Of a DNA stretch of 61,982 nucleotides, positions 13,429-23,949 are shown one piece after another. The notes beneath the pieces were generated by a model. It ran no database searches and was not told the origin of the DNA. It saw only the letters and a list, made by a program, of their open reading frames with translations. Position 1 is the first letter of the stretch. The number at the start of each line of letters is the position of its first letter. Origin of the DNA: Scyliorhinus canicula (taxonomy: Eukaryota); contig NC_052146.1 of the NCBI RefSeq assembly GCF_902713615.1, positions 69,397,238 to 69,459,219 of the forward strand, in the 5' to 3' direction. Made by a program: the position numbers and the translations under genes.

Positions 13429-13756
13429 GCGTCCAGTGTTTCTTTGCCCCTGCACCGCTTTAAAATTGTACCTTTTATTTTGAATTTCCCCTCCGTCTTC
13501 TTACCAAAATCAATCATCACTCTTCTGTGCATTAAATTTCATCTGCCACTTGTCTGCCAATTCTGCCACTTGTCCATGTACTTTTGGTCCATCTCATGGT
13601 TCACAATGCTTCCAAGTTCTACATCATATGCAAACTTTTACATTGTTCTTTGTATACCAAGGTCTAGGTCATTAATACACATCAGGAAGAGGGAGAGTGA
13701 CAATACCGAGGCCTGCATAACTCTGCTCTCAACCTTCCACCAGACTGAATTACATA

Positions 13757-13930
13757 GGGGCTGGTTTAGCTCATCAGGCTAAATCGCTGGCAGACCAAGC
13801 AGGCCAGCAGCACGGTTTGATTCCCGTACCAGCCTCCCCGGACAGGCGCCGGAATGTGGCAACTAGGGGCTTTTCACAGTAACTTCATTGAAGCCTACTC
13901 GTGACAATAAGCTATTTTCATTTTTCATTT
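13757..13930 (+). mobile_element. Second tRNA-derived SINE family
   Basis: ggggctggtttagctca A-box and ggtttgattccc B-box. The tail ttttcacagtaacttcattg...gtgacaataag is shared with 60934-61236. Confidence 0.75.
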
Positions 13931-14242
13931 CATCTATTACCAGTCCTCTTTGTTTCTTGGCACAGAGCCAGTTTTGTATCCATGCTGATATATTATTCCA
14001 TGAAATATACATTTCCTCACAACTTTGTTCTGTGGCACTTTGTTAAATGTCTTCTGGAAGTCCATGTAAATCACATCATTGCGTTGCCCTCACCAATCCT
14101 CTGCTATCTCATCGTCAGAAAGCAGCAAGTTACTTAAACACGATTTGCCATTAACAAAACCACGCTGACTTTTCTTAATTGACCCACATTTTACCAGGTG
14201 ATTTTTGAGGTGACAATTAATATGATCTTGAGTTATCATTTA

Positions 14243-14590
14243 TCATAGAATTTACAGTGCAGAAGGAGGCCATTCGGCCCATCGAGTCTGCACCGGCTCT
14301 TGGAAAGAGCACCCTACCCAAGGTCAACACCTCCACCCTATCCCCATAACCCAGTAACCCCACCCAACACTAAGGGCAATTTTGGACACTAAGGGCAATT
14401 TATCATGGCCAATCCACCTAACCTGCACATCTTTGGACTGTGGGAGGAAACCGGAGCACCCGGAGGAAACCCACGCACACACGGGGAGGATGTGCAGACT
14501 CCGCACAGACAGTGACCCAGCGGGGAATCGAACCTGGGACCCTGGAGCTGTGAAGCAATTGCGCTATCCACAATGCTACTGTGCTGCCCC
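14243..14590 (-). mobile_element. Full-length tRNA-derived SINE
   Basis: Reverse complement nearly matches 55750-56097. Confidence 0.9.
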
Positions 14591-16663
14591 GTTCTAGAAG
14601 CTTTCCCACCACTGAGGTTAAACTGACTGGTCTGTAGCTGCTTTGCGTGTCTTTACAGCCTTTGTTTGCCACACAGTTGCAGAATTGACATTTCTGCACT
14701 CCACTGAACCTCTCCGCCCCATCCACCGAGTCTACGACTGGAAAATTATAACGGATGCCTCTGAAATTTCCATTCTCACTTCCCTCAGTATCCGTGCATG
14801 CATCCCATCCAGTTCTCCATGGTGCCTTATCAACCCGATGCACAAAGAACCTATTCAATAATTTCTCCTCATCAACTTAAAACCCTTGCAGTGCCTGAAT
14901 TACCAGTTCTTACACCATGACCTGAACATCATCATCTTCCTTGGTAAAATAAAAACCAAAATATTTAATACCTCAGACAAGGCCTCACCTCCATGCATAC
15001 ATCTCTGTTTTGGTCCTTAATCAGTCCCTCTCTTCCTTTTATTATTTGCATGCCAACAGAAGATCTTTGCATTCCGTTTTATATTAGTCACTATTTTTTT
15101 TTTCACATTGCCTTTTGTTTCTCTTATACATCTGTTCACTTCCTCTCTGAATGTTCTATATTCAGCCTTGCTCTTAGTTCTATTGTTTGACTAATTAGAA
15201 ACCTATCTATCTCCTTATTTTGTTTAGTGTTCCTGTGTCCACTGCACTCTGGGATAGAGAATTCCACAGATTCACAACCCTTTGAGTGAAGTAATTGCTC
15301 TTTATTTTGGTTTTAAATATGCCATCCCTTAGCCTAAACTACGGCCTCTCATTCTAGTATGTCCAACAAGAGGAAATATCCGTTCTACTTCTACTCTGTC
15401 AATCCACTTTATTATCTTATTTACCTTAATTAGATCTCCCCTGATTCTTCTAAACTTCAGCGAATATAGGCCTGAACTGCTCAATCTCCTTTTATAAGTC
15501 AAGTTTCTCAGCCCTGGAATCAATCCCAGCCACCTGCAAATGCATTTACAACCTCCCTCAAATAAGGGGACCAAAACTGTGCATAGTACACCAGATGCTA
15601 TCTCACCAATACAGTTGCAATAGCCCTTCCCTACTTTGATACTGTATTCCATCAGCAATGAATACCAAAACTCCATTTGCCTTGCTTATTATCTGCTGCA
15701 CACTAACTTTCTACGATTTGTGCATGCTAACACACAGATCCCTCTGCACCAAAGCATTTTGAATTTTCTCCCCTCCTCATTTATATAATAAGTTGCCATT
15801 TTATTCCTCTGGCCAAAATGGATAACCTCCCATCTTTCCACGCTAAATTCCAACTACCAGATTTTGGCGTACTCACCTAACCTATCCATTTGTAAATTTC
15901 TTATTTCCTCATTGCAGCTTGCTTTCCCAGCTATTTTCGTGTCATAGAACCATAGAATTTACAGTGCAGATTAGACCTGAGAACCGAACACTGTGGCACC
16001 CCACTAGTTACAGCTTCCCGACCAGAAAAGGACCCATTTATCCCCACTCTCTGCTTTCTGTTGGTTAGCCAATCCGCTATCCAAGCTAATATATTACCCC
16101 CAACCCCGTGGGATCGTACCTTGTGCCTTACCTTTTGTGCAGCACCTTATCAAATGCCTTATCAAAAGTCCAGCTATACATCTACAGGATCCCATTATTC
16201 ATTTTGCTTATTCCACCATCGAAGAACTCCAGCAAATTAGTCAAACATGAATTACCCTTCATAAAACTATGCTGACTCTGATGGATTTGACTTTGAAAAC
16301 ATCCTGCTACTACCTATTAAATACTTCACCTTAATCTCATCTCTTTTGTCACCCAGGGAACTATGGATTGTTTGCCTTGTCATTCCACTTCATTGGAACA
16401 TACATTGTTTGTGCATAAACATCTCCTTCCTAAAAGCAGCAGTTTATTCAGATATGGTTCAGCCTGTCAATCTTTGATTCCAATTGATCTGGATCAGATC
16501 CATTCTCAACCTACGGAAGTTGGGGCTTTCCCTCCAGTTAAATTTGCTTAACCTAGACTGTTCCTTGTACTTTCCCACAACCAAACTAAATACTTTGGTG
16601 CAAGATCACAGTGCCTTAAATGTTCTCCCATTGACAGTTGATCTATTTGGACCAACTCATTTT

Positions 16664-16890
16664 TAAAAATATAAATTTAGAGTGTCTAATTATATTTTTC
16701 TAACTAAGGAGCAATTTAGAGTGGCCAATTCACCCACCCTGCACAACTTTAGGTTGTTGGGGTGTGACTCACGCAGACACAGGGAGAATGTGCAAACTCC
16801 ACATGGACAGTGACCCGGGGCCAGGATCGAACCCGAGTCCTCGGCGCAGTGAGGCAGCAATGCAAACAAATGGGCCACCATACTGCCCCG
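16664..16890 (-). mobile_element. Short A-tailed SINE with TSD
   Basis: SINE head and core, A-rich tail, flanked by the 12-bp direct repeat ccaactcatttt (16652-16663, 16893-16904). Confidence 0.8.
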
Positions 16891-16914
16891 GCCCAACTCA
16901 TTTTCAAGAATCAG

Positions 16915-17452
16915 AGGCGGGATTCTCCTAAACGGTGACGCTGGAGGTTTTCACACCAGTGTCACCGGGCCCCTTGGCCCAGCGATTCACTTACCTGAAG
17001 GGGGCCAGCAGGGCGCAGAAGTGCTCCACGCAGCTCTGGCTGTCGATACGAGGCCCTGCACTTCCGGCCATGGTTCCGCGTATGCCCACAGCAGCTGCCT
17101 GCGGCAGCCCTGCGCAGTAGGTGGACCCAAACAGCAAGCTGGCACCCCCCTGGTGACGGGTCCCCCCCGCCCCCCACCAGGGCAGGCGTGGCAGCCGCCA
17201 CTCCGAGTGCCCGCCAGATGGAACCATGTTAGAACCACAACGGCGGGAACTCGCCCAGCTGCCGGCGGAGAATCGCCGCGGGGGCCTCTTTCAATGGCCC
17301 CCAACCGGCACCTCGCCAACCGCTCTCGCGTGACTGGCGGCGATTCTCCGGTCTGCGGAGAATCGCGGGAAGGCATCAGACTCGATCGCGGGCCTGACAC
17401 CTAATTCCCTGTCCCCGCGCCGAGCACAATTTTGGCTCGGAGAATCCCGACT
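16915..17452. mobile_element. PIF/Harbinger-type MITE
   Basis: TIRs aggcgggattctcc / ggagaatcccgact; 3-bp TSD CAG (16912-16914, 17453-17455). Confidence 0.85.
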
Positions 17453-18319
17453 CAGGTCTAGTCGTGTCTCATTTCTTGTTGGACTGGTAACACTGCTGTG
17501 GAAATTCTTTCTTGAACTCACTCTAGTAACTTTTGCCCCCCCCTCAGACCTTTACACCACCACTCTCCCAGTCTACATTCAGGAAATTAAAGTCCCCCAT
17601 TGTAACTACTCTAGAAGTATTGTATAATTTCCTTACAGATTTGTTCCTCTGCATATTTTCTACTGGCTAGTGGCCTAGAGACTCCACCAAGCAGTGTAAT
17701 TGCATCTTTTCTGTTCCATAGCTCTAGCTAACCACATGGATTATGTCCTTAACCCCTCTGGAACATCCTCTCCCTCCAGTAATGCAATGTTATCCTTAAT
17801 CAATACTGCCAGTGCCAACCACTGTGCCACGTGCCGCCCGCTTGTGAAATTATTTCAAACTCTCCCGAACCACACTAGTGAACCTCTCTGTCAGCAATTG
17901 TTCCCAGTCCTGTTGAAGTACAACCTCTTCTTTCTGAAAAGGTGGCTTTTGCTGCCGAGCTGGTCCCAATGCCCCAAGAACCTGAAGCACTCCATTGTGC
18001 ACAATGCTTCTAGCTACACATTAAACCTAGCTATCTTTCTATTTTTACTCACTGCTGCATGGCACTGGGAGTAATCCAGAGATCACAACTCTTAAGGTCG
18101 TACTTTTTAACTTCCTCCCTAACTCCTGAAAATCTAACCAGGGGACCTTAATGCCTGCCCACAGCATCTGGGCGGCACGGTGGTACAATGGTTACCGCTG
18201 CTGCCTCACAGCTCCAGGGACCCAGGTTTAATTCCGGCCTCGGGTAACCCCACCGAACCTGCACAACCTTGAACACGAAAGGGAAGGTTAACACAGCCAA
18301 GCCACCGAGAGGAAACCCA

Positions 18320-19150
18320 CAAAGGCATCAATGACCTTCCTTTCATCATAAGGTCAGAAATGGGGATGTTTGCTGATGAATACATACTGTTCAGCATTAC
18401 TTGTGTGACTCGCCAGATACTGAAACAGTCCAAATACAACCAGAATTGGACAATATCCAGGCTTGAGGTGACATGTGGCAAGTAACAGTCATGCCACACA
18501 AGTGCCAAGAAATGACTATTCACCAGAAACTGAACTAGACTAGCCATACAAATTATAATTATGGCTTCAAGAGCAGGTGAGAGTCCGGGAATCCTGTGGC
18601 AAGGAACTCACCTCCTGACTCCCGAAAGTCCATCCACCAACAAGGCACAAGCCAGGAATGCAATAAAATAATCTCCACTTGTCTGGTTGAGTGCAGCTCC
18701 AATTACACCGAAGAAGTTCAACACAATCCAGGACACAGCAGCCCACTTTATTGATACCACTTCCACAAACATTTAATCCTTCCACTACTGGCAAACAGTG
18801 GCAGCCAGGTGTATCATCTACAAGATGCATTGCCATTACTCACCGCTCCTCAGGAAGCACCAGGGACCTGGGTTTAATTACAAACCCTTACAAACCTATG
18901 ACCACTACTATCTAGGAGGACAAGGGCAGCAGATACTTGGGAACACCACCATCTGGAGATTCCCCTCCAAGCCACTCACCATCTGACTTGGATATATATC
19001 ACTATTCCTTCACTGTTGCTGGGTAAAAATCTTGGAACTGTCTCCCTAACAGCACTGTGTTGTGCCTACACAACAGGGACTACAGTGGTTCAAGAGGAAG
19101 CTCACCATGACCTATGCAAGGGTATCTAGGGATGCGCAAAATACTGGCGA
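18320..19150 (+). mobile_element. CR1/jockey-group LINE 3' fragment
   Basis: Encodes NDLPFIIRSEMGMFADE (degenerate RT FADD motif), followed by decayed C-terminal and 3'UTR sequence. Confidence 0.65.
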
Positions 19151-19529
19151 AGACTGTGACACCCATATCCCATAAATGAATTTAGAACACTCTGAAATTG
19201 TGGTAGAAGCTGCTGCAGTGGTAATGCCCGAAAGGGAATACAATACACACTTGAACAGTACCAATTTGATGGTGTTTATGGAAGGAGCAGGAGAGTGAGA
19301 ATTGTGTGATAGTGTTTCTGTCTGGCACAGGAATGATAGGCTGAATGGTACTTTGTCTCCGTCATAAAACTCTGATATCGGATCCGCAATTCCCAAACCC
19401 AAAATATGACCAAAATAAAAACACTTTTATTTGCAAGTGCAGCACAGGTTCATTGCAAATACATTCCAGTTGTCAATACACTTCATAAAGACATCTATTT
19501 GTGAATATTAACACCATTTCTTTGTCCAT

Positions 19530-20170
19530 GTTTACAACAATACATTGAGCAAATGGAGCCTCATCTCGACAAAGGAAGACATAAATTGGGAAATTCATCA
19601 TCGGCTACAAAGAGCCAGTCCAAACTTCAAGGAAAAACATTTGAGGAACCTTGGAGGAAAAGCATTTTGAACCCAACAGTAAGGGTCATGGTTTATCAGG
19701 TAGCAATGATCCCTGCACTCCGATATGTTTTGGAGACTTACAACAGAAACCTCAAAGCAGTGGAGAAATACCACCAGTCCCGCCTTCACAAGACCCTCCA
19801 AATCCAGTTGGCTCCTAATCCAACCTGCCACGCATTGAGATGCTGAACACTTAAACGCAGCTCCACTGGGTGGCACATGCTGTTCATATGCCTGACATCA
19901 GACTCCCAAAGATACAGCTTTATTCTGAACTCATTCATGGCAGCTGAAGTTCAGAAGGATAGCGGAAATGATTTTGGGATGTCCCCAAAGCATCCCTTCA
20001 GAGGTCAAATATCCCCGCTGACTCACAACAGATGCTGTCTTGTGACAACAATTATGGAGGGAAGACACTGAGCACAGCGTCAGACTTTGTCAGGAATGTG
20101 CAGAGATGAAGTTGAGGAATCATACGGAGTGCACACACCTTCAAACAATCCATCTATCCAATTGCTCAAC
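19530..20170 (+). mobile_element. RTE-clade LINE fragment
   Basis: ORF VMVYQVAMIPALRYVLETY...LKAVEKYHQSRLHKTLQI resembles the RTE ORF C-terminal region. Confidence 0.65.
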
Positions 20171-20183
20171 TACCCCTTTCCCC

Positions 20184-20495
20184 TAATAATCATAATAATC
20201 TTTATTGTCACAAGTAGGCTTATATTAACACTGTAATGAAGTTACTGTGAAAAGCCCCATAGTTGCCAAATTCCGGCCCCTATTCGGTTATTCGGGTACA
20301 CGGAGGAAGAATTCAGAATGTCCAAGTGACCTAACAGCATGTCTTTCGGGAGGAAACCGGAGCGCCCGGAGGAAACCCACGCAGACACGGGGAGAACATG
20401 CAGACTCCGCACAGACAGTGACCCAAGCAGAAATCAAACCTGGGACCCTGGTGCTGTGAAGAAACAGTGCTAACCACTATGCTACCATGCTGCCC
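20184..20495 (-). mobile_element. tRNA-derived SINE with (gtgacaataaagattatt) tail
   Basis: Reverse complement of the 60934-61236 type. Confidence 0.85.
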
Positions 20496-20829
20496 ATATG
20501 GCATAGCCTGCAGATCGCGAATTGAAATATCAGTCATCTCAAAGCCCATCGAACCAGAGCAAAGGCAAATAATCAATGATGCAGAATAGTTACCTAGTAA
20601 GAAGAAGAAAAGAAGGCTTTGAGAAAAGATAATTTCTAAAAGTTAATTATTATGAGATTTACTGCTGAAAGATGCAGGGGTCACAACAGCATCTCTCACA
20701 AATGGATATACATTTTCGGGGCATAAAACCCATATATATTTGAACAAATTATGCTCAGTGTCAAAATTCTATTGGGTTCCTCTAATTTCTCACTGCAATT
20801 TCATTTTCTAATCAGCAATTTTTTTTAGA

Positions 20830-21150
20830 GTATTGGCACAGGTGCTTTCTCCTAACGAATTTCCCGTTAGCAAAGTTAGGCTGACTATCGTAATTATTCA
20901 GTCTATTCTTTTCTCCCTTGTAAACAATGGTACAACATCAACAGTTCTTGAATCCAATGGCATCACATCTGTAGCCAGAAAGAAATGGAAAATTGTGTTT
21001 GAACCTCTGTTTTTTTCTCTTGCTTCCCTTGACAGCCTAATATACCTTTTATCTGGACCTCGGGATCTATTAACTTTCAGTAATCCTCTCTCAGTAATTT
21101 CTGACATAGGTTTACTTATTTAATATATTTGGATTTCACAAGACAACTAG
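20830..21150 (-). mobile_element. Very old CR1 RT-upstream fragment
   Basis: Minus strand gatgttgtaccattgtttacaagggagaaaag...agtcagcctaact is a frameshifted VVPLFKKG...YRPVSLT motif. Confidence 0.6.
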
Positions 21151-22149
21151 ATACAAAATAATGAATCAACATTTATAAAATAGAAATGTGCAATTTTGGC
21201 CAGCACAGTATCAGAAGGCGTCACTACTGTAAATTACTGGACAAAAGTCTATTTCGTTCTAGCTGTATTTAGCCAAATAATTGTCCTGTAATGTCCAAAA
21301 CAATTTGTGTTTATTTATTTGGTAATTTTGAATTTTGTAGAACACCTATTATATTTTGTGTGTGAGAGATGAGAGTGTAAAATACATTAATGACATTTTT
21401 CATGAGTTTTTTGAGGTAAGGAGATGATGAAAAGTTAAGACCAAGGCAAATATAATGGACAAGGAGCATTGGCTGTGGTAATAAAGGATGACATAAGACA
21501 GGGGATCCCAATCTGAGTTCTGCAGAACCCCACCTCAAAGCGATTCTACGGCTAGTAGGCCGAGCGATGGAATTGAGTTTTGCGCTGTTTTCAGATCTTG
21601 CAATCAGAGGCTGGCTTCTCTAGAATCCTGCCTCTGATTGGACGAGCTGGAAGCAGCACAAAACATAAATTATATCGATCAGGGTGAGCATGGAGAAGCA
21701 TCGATGAGAGCGGGGATGAATGAGTGCAGATGTGTGTGAGAGTTGAGAGTGTAAGGGAGATGAGAGTGAGTATGTGTGTGTGAGAGAGTTGAGAGTGAAT
21801 GTTTCGGAGAGAGATGAGAGAGTGTGTATGTGAGAGAGATGAGAATGTGATGCTATGAATGGGAGCACTGCCATTGGTGCAGAGCATTGGTTTCCCACTG
21901 ACTCTGGCTGGTCATGTGCCTCTCGTCTGATTGGCTGGGACTAGTCATGTGACTGGTCACCAATTGGTCGAGAGGCAAGTAGGCCCCGCCTCCGAGGCGG
22001 GGTATAAATACCCAGAGTTCCCGGCGGTCTGCCTTTCTCGGTAGTCGACCACCGGGCTAACAACTAGCTGATTAAAGCCTAAGTTTGGACCTTCATCGTG
22101 CCTCGCGTCCAATTGATGGTACATCAATTTAATCAGCTAAAATTGTGAA

Positions 22150-23530
22150 ATGGAGCTACGCATCAAGCCTGACTGCCTCCGCATCAGCCCGCATGCTTCA
22201 AATGCGCCTGCAATCTTTAAACATTGACAGGCGTGTTTCAACAATTACCTGACAACTGCAGCCGGCAAGCCCACCAAGGAGCAGAAACTCCACATCCTCC
22301 ACTCGTGCGTGGGCACGGCGGTATACTTAATGATTGAGGACGAAAATGATTATGACGCGGCCATGGATATCCTGAGAGGACACTTTCTCCGGCCGGTCAA
22401 CGAAGTATATGCACGGCATCTCCTGACTACTAGACAACAGTTCCCTGGTGAGTCACTCAACGGGCGAAATTCTCCGCCCCCCATGACGGGTGGGAGAATA
22501 GCGGGAGGGCCTTCCCGACATTTTTGCCGCCCTCCCGCTATTCTCCCACCCCCCCCCGCCGAAGTCCCGACCCGAATCGCTGCCGCCGTTTTTTTACGGC
22601 CGGCAGCGATTCTCAGCTGTTAGATGGGCCGAAGTCCCAGCCCTTTCCGCCGTTTTTACGAACGGCAAACACACCTGGTCTTGCCGTTCGTAAAAACGGC
22701 GTCACAAACTCGCTATTAATAACCATGGCACCGATTGGCACGGCCGTACCACGCATGCGTGGGTTTCGCGCAAAAACGCGATGACGTCACCCGCGCATGC
22801 GCGGGTTGGAGTCTTCCAAACTGCGCATGCGCGGCTGACGTCATATGACGCGTTAGCCGGCGCTAACTCCGGCAAGCGGGCTTAACGATTTTCGTTAAGC
22901 CCGTCTTGCCGGAGCCTACGGCGTCGGGCTGCTAGCCCCGACCGGGGACCAGAATCGGTCCCCGGTCGGGAAGGGGCGCGCTGCCGTAAAACCCGCCCGG
23001 GTTTTACGGCAGCTTTACGATTTCTCCCATTTTGGGAGAATCTCGCCCAACATGTTTTACCAGGCCCTCACGGCTCTAGGGAGAATTTGCGCCTGTCCCC
23101 AAGTTTCTGCGACTGAGCACATGGAACTTTTAATTAGAGACACTTACGTTGCCGGCATGCAATCCTCCTCTATCCGCCAACGATTGCTGGAGAAGAACGC
23201 CCTCAGCCTAGCTGAGGCACAGACCCTCGCAACCTCCCTGGAGGTCGCCGACCTGAACGCCCGCGCATTCGCCCCCGGCCGCACGGCAACCCCTTGGACT
23301 TCATGGCACACGCCATCTCCGTCCTCCGCTGACCCCGACCCCCCCCCAGGCCTGCGCTGCGGGATGCTCCGACAAGCTAACGGGGCCCCGCTGCTAATTT
23401 TGCGGCCTCTCCAAACACCCGCGCCCACGCTGCCCGGCCCGCTCCGCTCTGTGTAAGAGCTGCGGGAAGAAGGGCCATTACGCTGTAGTCTGCCAGACCA
23501 AGTCGGTTGCTGCTGTTCCGCGCAGCAACC
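22150..23530 (+). pseudogene. gag: Gypsy gag, disrupted by stops and a MITE insertion
   Basis: ATG at 22150 (MELRIKPDCL..., premature TGA). The reading frame rejoins as ...GESLN|MFYQAL... when the MITE is removed. Two CCHC knuckles (C*FC...HPRPRC and CKSCGKKGHYAVVC). Confidence 0.85.
22462..23048. mobile_element. PIF/Harbinger-type MITE nested in gag
   Basis: TIRs gggcgaaattctcc / ggagaatctcgccc; 3-bp TSD AAC (22459-22461, 23049-23051). Confidence 0.9.
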
Positions 23531-23713
23531 GCGGATCCCCCCCCCCCCCCCCGGGCCCTCCCAGGGCCCAGTGCCGCGCACCGACCTCTCCGGCCCACCT
23601 TCCGGCCCCCGCAACAGGCCCACGATCCTCCCTACCCCCACTCCCGGTTGCCCTGACCGGCCCGCAGACGCAGCTGACACTGCCCCAGCCGCCACGAGGT
23701 TCCCACGGGTGCT

Positions 23714-23850
23714 GCCATCTTGGGTCCCGGACGCCACGTGCGGGTCATGGCCGTCGCCATCTTGGGGCCCCGGCTCCACATGCGGGTCCTGGGCACCGCC
23801 ATCTTGGGGCCCTAATTCCACGTGCGGGTCCTGGGCGCCGCCATCTTGGG
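23714..23850 (+). repeat. 42-bp tandem repeat (3.3 copies) between gag and protease
   Basis: ccatctt recurs at 23715, 23757, 23799 and 23841. Confidence 0.9.
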
Positions 23851-23949
23851 CCAACACGGAAGTCCATGCCAGCGATTACTCTGCCACCGAGGATGATCTG
23901 GACCTCTCGCCATGACTTGCTACCATCACACTCGACCAGTCGTGACCAC

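Larger units (their letters stand above)
12420..18165 (-). mobile_element. Stack of fragmented CR1 LINE pieces interrupted by SINEs and a MITE
   Basis: Minus ORFs carry CR1 motifs: YRPVSLTSVVGKLLE (about 14590-14650) and GLYSLKFRRIRGDLIKVNKIIKWIDRV (15329-15676). More than one copy is involved; boundaries are approximate. Confidence 0.65.

Noticed and set aside
20833-21123. Possible host exon in AT-rich unique-looking DNA
   Set aside because: The minus strand is a frameshifted CR1 VVPLFKKG/YRPVSL remnant.
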